64,000 bases of DNA from Leidyana gryllorum EB-2025a (Eukaryota; Protista; Apicomplexa): the NCBI GenBank assembly GCA_048772705.1, contig JBLWGC010000051.1, positions 124,001 to 188,000 of the forward strand. The letters run 5' to 3'. A program made the position numbers and the translations under genes. Below, piece by piece: positions 56,639 through 64,000 of the stretch. The notes beneath the pieces are model-generated. The model made no database searches. It saw only the letters and a program-made list of their open reading frames with translations, and was not told the origin of the DNA. Position 1 is the stretch's first letter. Every line of letters begins with the position of its first letter.

Positions 56639-58894
56639 CTAAGACATAGACGATAACTCCGCGTTATTGTTTGGTTTTATCCATGGAGGTGTCTTGTCCG
56701 TAGGCTCCTCAACTGTAGTAACGGAGGCAGTCGAAGCCTTGCGCGGCATCCCAGCAAAGATCTCGGCTTGCACCTCGCGTTGCACATCGTGACATACACA
56801 TTCGCATGAGTGGCCGGGTCGTAAATCTATCAGAATCGCCGTCATGTTATCACACCCGTACTCGAATAACGACGGGTTTGGGCTTATGAGGCTTTCGAAT
56901 AAGTCCTCAACAGTCTTACTCAGATCCGCTTTTGGCGGTACCGGCACACTGGTCGCTGTCTTCTCGCGCTTCAGAGACGAACCGCTTCCTCCTCGGTCAG
57001 CAGGTTGGGGAGCGTAGTCCATCGAGGAATATGATGTTGGTACATTGTCTATTGCTTTATCAAACTCCCCAGATCACGTTGCTTACCTTTCCGTCTTAAC
57101 TTGGCGATGACAAAATTAACAACATCTTGAGAGGAGAAGTATTCCCAAATACCATCACATCCAATAACCTAAGGAGACAGTGGAGTGTGACATCCGCGTC
57201 TCTCTCACCAGAAATTCATCCTCGGGCAACAGCTCAATTTTGCGTACGTCCGGATATCCCGTGACGATTTGTTTCTCTGGTGCCAATGACAAATCCTGCT
57301 TGTAGACGAGATCTCCCAAAGCCCGTGAAAGATTGAGATTTCCATTCACACGCCCGTATTCGACGAATCCTCCCGCAGCATAAATTCGACTCTGCAATGA
57401 CCACGCATCATGGGGCAGAATTTAGCACAGGTGCAGAGGAAGGTGATATGCTGAGTGCAACGAAGGCAGTGCGGTTGGCAATCCGTCACTAGCATCGACC
57501 AAAAGGCCATTTGCGCCATGCGTGCGAGTGCGCAACTCCTTTGTGCAAATGCACATTCGAGGCAAAACACACGCAACAAATGCATGAACTTTGCAAATTC
57601 ATTCACAATTAAGCACCAGGGCGACGGGTGGGGATCATAAGACGTAATGTAGCAGGGTCGTTGGAGCCTTACCCTTTCCTCAGGCAAGGTCGGCTTGTGA
57701 TCTTGGGATAAGGTCTCGGCCCGGCCACCGCGACAAAGGACGGCTCGACTATCTCCAACATTTGCAATATACAGCGTATTTTCCTGACATCGTGGTCTTT
57801 GCGACCGACAATCGACCTACCACCAGTAGTGCACAAATGGCAGTACAGCCAGCAAACATGGCTGGATTAGTGGACCCAGCTTTACCAGAGAATGAAACAT
57901 TCGGTGCGCGACTATTACCCGCTTCGGTTGTGGCAGCATTACGCGAGGCCGGAGAAGAGGAAGCTGTGGACACAGCACCAGTCGCTGCCAGCAATTGCGA
58001 GCATATTCGGGATGTAGTGCTTAAGAAACTGGAGGCAGCGTGCTTCAGAGAACTCGTCAAGCTCCCCGTCATCGTGATTTGGCTTGTCAACCGCTTGTCA
58101 ACGATTGTCGTGGGGGTTTCGGTGGGGTTGATTTTGCTTTCGCAGCTTTGATCTGAGTCATCGAGATCAGCGAATTGCAACGCATCACCCGGAGGGGAAG
58201 AGGGTTCAGTGACTCCCTCCTCTCCCTCTGCTGGCGCAGTTGACGCTGGTACAGTACAACCACAATCGGCACACTGATGCGAACCAGCCAACAAACAGTG
58301 TGAGGTCTTGTGATTGTCCATGCACGCTCCCTGGGCTCTACCATCATTTATGTGAGATTTCAGGTACCGTCCATATTGTTGCGGCCAGTCTGTGGACCGC
58401 AATATGCGATCTATATTGCAATAAGCCACTCTGAAGGCAATCTCATAGTTTCCTGAAAGTACAGATTAATCTCATGCAGATGCAGACACACAGCAGGGCT
58501 GGCATCAGGAAGGGATGTAATACCTTCGGCGAACTGGGGGGAGCTTTGCAGCTCATCTATGATAGCATTCGCAGCGAATTTTGAGATTTGAGGGCCTCCG
58601 TGGCCGTCGAAGACGCCGAATAGGTGAATACGCCTTGCTTCGTTCTCCACGTACTCCTTAACGGGGGCTGTGCGGTTAGTCTTCCGCGGCCATTGCACAT
58701 CTGTTGGCGGCGGGAATTGATGGTAGATCAAATGCGAATCTTCCATCGACACCCGCCTATGCTAGTTGTCTTTCTTCCCAAGAAGATCCGCCGGCCTACC
58801 ATCCTTGCATCGATGATACGCCATACGTAACTCTTTGCGAAGCCCCCGAAGCGGAGTTCTTGTGACAGTTCGGATTCGTCAAATAATTGCCCAT
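56639..58894 (-). CDS. PPM/PP2C protein phosphatase (PPM1G-like, N-myristoylation motif)
   Basis: Spliced MGNYLTNP...SMQGW|[50 protein letters not shown]. Confidence 0.92.
57392..57672 (-). other. Unusually long (281 nt) intron in the PP2C gene with palindromic TGCA-rich elements
   Basis: GTAAGG donor at 57672 and TTGCAG acceptor at 57392 join [10 protein letters not shown] to SRIYAAGG. Confidence 0.8.
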
Positions 58895-58943
58895 TTTACT
58901 GACCTTCTTACTTGGACACTACCTCCATGGCACTAAAAATTTC

Positions 58944-60040
58944 ATGGCGCCGCCTTCGTCAGAGAATGGACCCGACCTGCGAGTGCTTGCCGACAGGTTA
59001 CGTGGGAAGCGCCCTCCCCCGGCACCAGTGCCTATTGAAGAGCCCAAATCGCGTGTGAGAAGGATAGAAAGCCGCTACATGGAGAGTCGCCAAGAACGAT
59101 TGGAGGATGAGTTCAAGCGCAATACTGTGGGTCTAAGGACAGTAGATGAATTCCGTGAAGAGAGAGCGAGAATCGATCTGGAGGCTGCGGACCAGAACGC
59201 CAACCAAAACTTGGGCAATGTTGCGCCGAGCAGCGGCGGGACTCTCAGCTCGCCGCCACCAGAAACTAACAATGAAGCTCCTTCCCCCAAGAAGAAGGAG
59301 CCGATCAAAGTATACCCCAAACTGTCTTTCGGGGGATTCGATGAAGAAGGCAGTGAAGACGATGAGGGTGATCAAGGAAAATCTGAATCGGTTCGCCTTG
59401 GAAAAGATCCTCTGGCGAAGACCGACTTCTTACCCGACCCAGAGCGAGACACCCGGTTGCAGGAGGAGCGCAGTAGGCTCGTTCAAGAGTACGAGGCGGA
59501 ACAGGAGAGACTAAGGAAGGAGTCTTTACGTATTCCCTTCTCCTATTGGAATGGGACTGTCCATCGTCGAGTAATCACAGCACAAATGGGCACTTCAATT
59601 GGAAAGTTCCTGGAGATGTGCCAGAAGGAACTGGCTAAGGACTTCCCTGAGATGGGGACAATGTCAACTGATCATCTGATGTTTGTCAAAGAAGACATCA
59701 TAGTGCCCCAATATATCTCGTTTTACGAGCTTGTGCGTGATAGAATCATGGGACATAATGGTCCTATTCTGACAGAGGAGACTCTACAAGCCTATCGGGA
59801 AAGCAAAGATCCTGCGAACATCAAAGAGGTGAGCCGGCACTTGTGTTGTTGGGATATGAAGTTGGTTTGCAGACACACGCAGGCAAAGTGGTCGATCGGA
59901 GGTGGTTTGAGAAAAACAAACATATCTATCCCGCAAGTCGTTGGGAGACGGTGAGATGTCATTGTGAACACCCTTGACGCTTACTGCAGTACGATCCTAA
60001 GAGAGTTCTCAAAGCGCGGTCCCCGGACTTCTTCCCATAG
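58944..60040 (+). CDS. XAP5: XAP5/FAM50 family nuclear protein
   Basis: [15 protein letters not shown]...[31 protein letters not shown]; spliced [24 protein letters not shown]. Confidence 0.93.
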
Positions 60041-60049
60041 GGCGTCGGC

Positions 60050-60777
60050 ATGCATTGGCCCGCGTGCAAGGAAACCACCCCGATGCCGACCTATGGGACA
60101 GCACCAAATGCTCAGCGAGCCACGGCAGTCCCCAGGTGGTTCATGCCCATCATATCGATGAACCCCGAGGATGTCAGACAACCACCCACTGTAAAAAGGT
60201 GCCGCCTCGGGGTCGTCGTGTATCGTATCGGGCCTTCCGTCTATCATTCAGGTAAGATATACAGTTGACTCGGCGGCCCATGACGTACACACAGCCCTGA
60301 TCGTTAACAATCAAACCGAATGGCATTTCTGGGAGAACTCTGGAGTCAAACGCTTTTCCAGACGCTTTCATCGGGTGAGTGATCATCGCTCAGGTTTCAT
60401 CCTTGTCAACATGATACAGGGCGAGTCTTTTCCCACCTTTGGAGAACATCTCCAGGTAGTTGAGGAGATAGACATTGGGAAACTCAATTGTACAACTATT
60501 GAATTCGATGACGCTTGCTATCGTGCCCGCGCATTCGAGTTCACTCCTGATACATACGATCTACTACGGAACAATTGCAACCACTTTGTTCAAACCATGC
60601 TGGACAAGTTCGAGTCCAAGAAGACTCTTCCGGCTTACGTAAATCGCACGGCCAAGCTGGCCGATGTTCTTTGGTGGGTGAAGGTTGCTTAGACTTTCCG
60701 AATCTGGTGTGTGGAGCAGCTCGACGGTTCCAGGGGCTCAGAGGTTCATGAGGATGCTTCTCGGTCGCGATTTATAA
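60050..60777 (+). CDS. PPPDE/DeSI family deubiquitinase-desumoylase
   Basis: VYHS (catalytic His), YDLLRNNCNHF (catalytic Cys), LPAYVNR.A; three introns. Confidence 0.85.
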
Positions 60778-60803
60778 TAGCACACGTGTGTGGAACCGTC
60801 ATC

Positions 60804-61716
60804 ATGCGCCTTTATAGATGCATCCACTCCGGCTTACACGCTATTTGTCTCCACATCCTCATCTTCCTGATTCTGCCTTCCATCATGCCGTTGCTTGTGG
60901 TGTGCTTCAGGATTGACGACCCAAAGAGGTGGTGGGCACGACAAGCAACCAAATGGACTCGGTTGTGGTGGAAGCAGAAGACATTGGACAGTTTTAAAGT
61001 CCTGGAGTGGCAATCGGACGTCACTCGGACAGCATCACCTAGTGAAGAGGATTTAGGAACAGATGTCTCCAGACCATTGGTCCACATATTCCATTACGAA
61101 TGTTTGGCGGATTTGTACTTGCACGACGTTCTGACCGTAAGCTACTCAGTGTCACCAAACGATAAGTCAAGCACAGAATCACGGAGCCGTCCTGATGAGT
61201 AATAACTCGTCAGGTTTATTGGGCGATTGCGTAGTGGCATTCTTGAAACACTTTGTGCACCGGCGATGGTGGCAAAAGATCCCTCAGCGAGCCGATGAGA
61301 ATCTCACCCTACACTCGTTGCTTCTGGGCGCGAGGAAAGGTGGTCAACGCAATCAAATGATCGTGTACCCAGAGGCATTGCACGTGGCTAATGAGGACGG
61401 CAACTTCATTGCCTCTGTTACCCACGGTAAGGCAGCACCTTCATCACTCAATATTTGCTCAGACGTGATCGCCTTCATCCACCATAATGATCTTGCTGTT
61501 AAGATATGGTATACAGAAGGGACATCCAGTTTTATGAAGGGCGACCGTTCACGGCCTGTCACAGTTATTTCTTTTCCGGTCTTTAATGCTGCTACATTTG
61601 CCTCGCCAGACGAATTACAATTTGCTGTCCAACGATCCTTTGGTATGGCTGAGCGATGGCATGCGCTGGAAGGAATTCAATCGTGTGTGCATACCGGACA
61701 GAAAGATAATGTGTAG
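60804..61716 (+). CDS. Divergent lysophospholipid/glycerolipid acyltransferase (PlsC/LPAAT)-like membrane protein
   Basis: N-terminal TM; HIFHYECLADLYLHD (cf. NHxSxxD block I) and IVYPEA (cf. xYPEG block III). Confidence 0.5.
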
Positions 61717-61765
61717 TCTGCGCGTGCGCACGTTGACCTAAGTTACGAATTGAAGTACATACAAG

Positions 61766-62332
61766 ATGGCTGCGGATACTCCCACCATGGCTCAGCAATT
61801 GTCTGACGCATTGAACTCTCAAGAATCCACTGTCTTCAGCGAATTGAGCCGTCAAGACCTCAAAAATATGCTTTCCCAGATCGACAACCAGATCACCTGG
61901 TGTCAGCAGGAGAAGGACCGCCTCACAGCCTTGATGGTCGAACAAGAGGCTATGATCCCGGCTACATCGGAAGGCACAATTGAAACTGAAGCTTCTCAAG
62001 AGGCTGCTATGGAAAGACAAAGAGTGACTGAGCTTAGTCAAAGATTATTGAACGAAGCTGCTCAAAACCAGAGCATTCTGGATGAAGTACTTAAGGCTCG
62101 GGTTTCGGTGGTGGAGCACATGTCCCGACTCTTCCAAGAGCTGGACGCTGCTCAGCAAGGAGCTCAGGCTGAAGCTGCTGCTTTGGAGAAGAGCCTCGAA
62201 GCAAACAAAGCAACCAGGAAGTCCAATCCAGGCATGGACGAAGCTCAGAAGAAGCTCAACAAGATCAAACATGACCGATGCATTTTCTTCGGATGCATTG
62301 ATGTCCATCCTCCAGATCTGTTTGAACTCTAA
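61766..62332 (+). CDS. Hypothetical coiled-coil protein
   Basis: 188-aa ATG-initiated ORF rich in E/Q/A/L with heptad character. Confidence 0.65.
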   Translation: MAADTPTMAQQLSDALNSQESTVFSELSRQDLKNMLSQIDNQITWCQQEKDRLTALMVEQEAMIPATSEGTIETEASQEAAMERQRVTELSQRLLNEAAQNQSILDEVLKARVSVVEHMSRLFQELDAAQQGAQAEAAALEKSLEANKATRKSNPGMDEAQKKLNKIKHDRCIFFGCIDVHPPDLFEL

Positions 62333-62381
62333 ATGCCCTTGTTCATTAACTGGAGATACCACAACCTAAATACTATATTCA

Positions 62382-63470
62382 TCAATCTTCCGCATCCCAA
62401 GATGCAACCGATGCGTCACTGTCGACCTCGTCACTGCTCTCAAACCAGTTTGCTGGATCGGTAGACAACTGAGCCGGTCTATGCTTAGCCGACCCCCGGA
62501 AGGCTGCCTTGATGATCTCGCAGCTTGCCTCGCTGTCGCTATCAGACTTCCCGTAATCTATGCCCTCTTCTTCTGTACGAGTAGTGATTGTATGAGTAAA
62601 GCTGGCTGAAAACGGGTGTTGTCTCTTACCAGAGTAGGTGTCGCCGCGAGCTGCGGCGGGGCTATCTGGATCGTCGACGAACGATCCAGAACGAACAGGG
62701 CCAATACCGTCCTTGGGACCAGTTGTGGCTGGGGGAGGTGGTGGTGATCGGCTTTGCCCAAAAGCAATGGCTGGAAGGTCCAGGTGCGCATATAAGCTGA
62801 TTGGTGGCATTTCACCACTCAGTCTGAGTGCCTCATTTTCGAGGATTATTGGCTGCAGTTCGCGTAGAATAAGATCACGGCTCGACTCAACGTCCAGAGT
62901 CGCGTCAGATTTGACGAGACTTGGATCTGGGCAATACAAAAAGTGCCTGTTATTTGATATATCATCAGCCATCGGATGATCCTCGGACGCCGTTGGTAAG
63001 GGGTCACGAAGCCTTCTCTTAACCCCAGTAAGTGATTGTGTTCTCACGAACTCGAAGTTGACCAGAGACGGGGGCAGCGATTGGCATTGTAGCATTAGAA
63101 CGTCTTGACGCCCATTCAGGTTGGGTCGATACGAGCGGGTCAGATATAGCCGTGGAATCTCTTTGATGGCCATATCAAAGTTTGCTCGTCTACTGGCAGC
63201 CTCAAAGGGGTCTTCAGACTTGAATATGACGGGAGCGACGTTGCAAGGGCGTGTGTTCATCCCTAGAGCGGTATCAAGCTCTTCTTCGGTCTCTCCAAGG
63301 AGGTCGTACTTCACAGGAACGCGATTCGCATAGCTGACGAATTCATTGGACGCCTCTTCCTGCCGCAATCTGGAAGCGGTGCGATAGTATTGTGCAAAAG
63401 TGGCAATTATATGACGAGGAGGCGGTGTTTCCTGAGACCAGCAAAGCTCAAGCAGCTTAACAGTAGTCAT
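62382..63470 (-). CDS. Hypothetical protein with acidic low-complexity C-terminus
   Basis: 362-aa uninterrupted ATG-initiated ORF filling the gap between neighbours. Confidence 0.65.
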   Translation of the reverse strand: MTTVKLLELCWSQETPPPRHIIATFAQYYRTASRLRQEEASNEFVSYANRVPVKYDLLGETEEELDTALGMNTRPCNVAPVIFKSEDPFEAASRRANFDMAIKEIPRLYLTRSYRPNLNGRQDVLMLQCQSLPPSLVNFEFVRTQSLTGVKRRLRDPLPTASEDHPMADDISNNRHFLYCPDPSLVKSDATLDVESSRDLILRELQPIILENEALRLSGEMPPISLYAHLDLPAIAFGQSRSPPPPPATTGPKDGIGPVRSGSFVDDPDSPAAARGDTYSGKRQHPFSASFTHTITTRTEEEGIDYGKSDSDSEASCEIIKAAFRGSAKHRPAQLSTDPANWFESSDEVDSDASVASWDAED

Positions 63471-63482
63471 GTCAAAAAAAAG

Positions 63483-64000
63483 CTAAACCAGTACTGACAC
63501 GTGGAATGTACCTACAGCAGCATATGGTGGGCGTACAGAGCAGGCATTCTTACAGGCAGGGGGAACTTTGAGCTCTTGACTGACCACACATCGCAGTCCC
63601 AGGCCACCTAAAGCGCCTCTTACAATTCCACAGATAACAGCCGCTTGCGCGTCAGCACTTATCCGATAATTGGCTGTTCTGCCTGAGCTGAGATCTTCAA
63701 TGACCGAAGCATTGCCATCCAAGAGGGTTGGATCATATACAGGGTGTTTCTCGAGCCACGGAAGCTTCTCATCTAGTATGATGAAGCCGCCTCGTTTGTT
63801 GGTCTGTAGTCTTCCAGCCTGTTTACGGAAGAAGAACCCCCAAACCTCGCGGCATACAAACTTGAGAATATCTCGATGCTCTCGGATGCGTGGGCGATCA
63901 AGTACGAGCCTAATCGTTTGTGTGGTCTCTGAGGAAGTGACTTTAGTTACCGGTCTACAATTCGCGAACCCATATAGTAACCGCGCAGCTCGAGTTCCGC
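63483..64000 (-). CDS. TRAPPC6: TRAPP complex subunit 6 (Trs33), 5'-partial
   Basis: LERLGYYMGSRI, DILKFVCREVW..FF.KQ..RLQTNKRG.F, CGIVRGAL..LG, PPAC|TF. Confidence 0.9.
   Translation of the reverse strand, partial: GTRAARLLYGFANCRPVTKVTSSETTQTIRLVLDRPRIREHRDILKFVCREVWGFFFRKQAGRLQTNKRGGFIILDEKLPWLEKHPVYDPTLLDGNASVIEDLSSGRTANYRISADAQAAVICGIVRGALGGLGLRCVVSQELKVPPACKNACSVRPPYAAVGTFHVSVLV

Noticed and set aside
57346-57687. Cys-rich 113-aa ORF as a nested gene
   Set aside because: It begins at a TTG inside a PP2C exon and reads through the intron; there is no ATG start or recognisable motif. It is kept only as a note on the long intron.

Overview
This is an extremely gene-dense eukaryotic window with about 38 protein-coding genes. 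Introns are short GT-AG introns, mostly 30-60 nt, and intergenic gaps are often only 10-100 nt. The DrpB-type dynamin, TRAP-like adhesin, pyruvate decarboxylase, MtlD-like protein and WS/DGATs suggest an apicomplexan-lineage protist, most plausibly a gregarine (inference). Splicing by hand recovered several genes the ORF track misses or fragments: a myosin essential-light-chain-like EF-hand protein, COP9 signalosome subunit 2, V-ATPase subunit e, a gelsolin/villin-repeat protein and a dynactin p150-like protein. The best candidate for an undescribed system is a motility/adhesion neighbourhood at about 22.4-29.4 kb. There a two-repeat gelsolin-like gene sits directly upstream of a type-I membrane adhesin that joins an integrin-beta I domain to a TRAP-like TM and acidic tail, with an ELC-like gene nearby. 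Other notable items: an intronless MtlD-like pseudoenzyme with a mitochondrial-type presequence, a tail-to-tail pair of F-box/LRR paralogues sharing one intron, an EST1-like/NYN nuclease (Smg6L-like), a secreted His-heptad protein, an unusually long palindrome-rich intron, and overlapping stop codons plus 36-110 nt bidirectional promoters. No rRNA, tRNA, CRISPR array or mobile element was recognised. Family assignments come from motif recall, not from searches.
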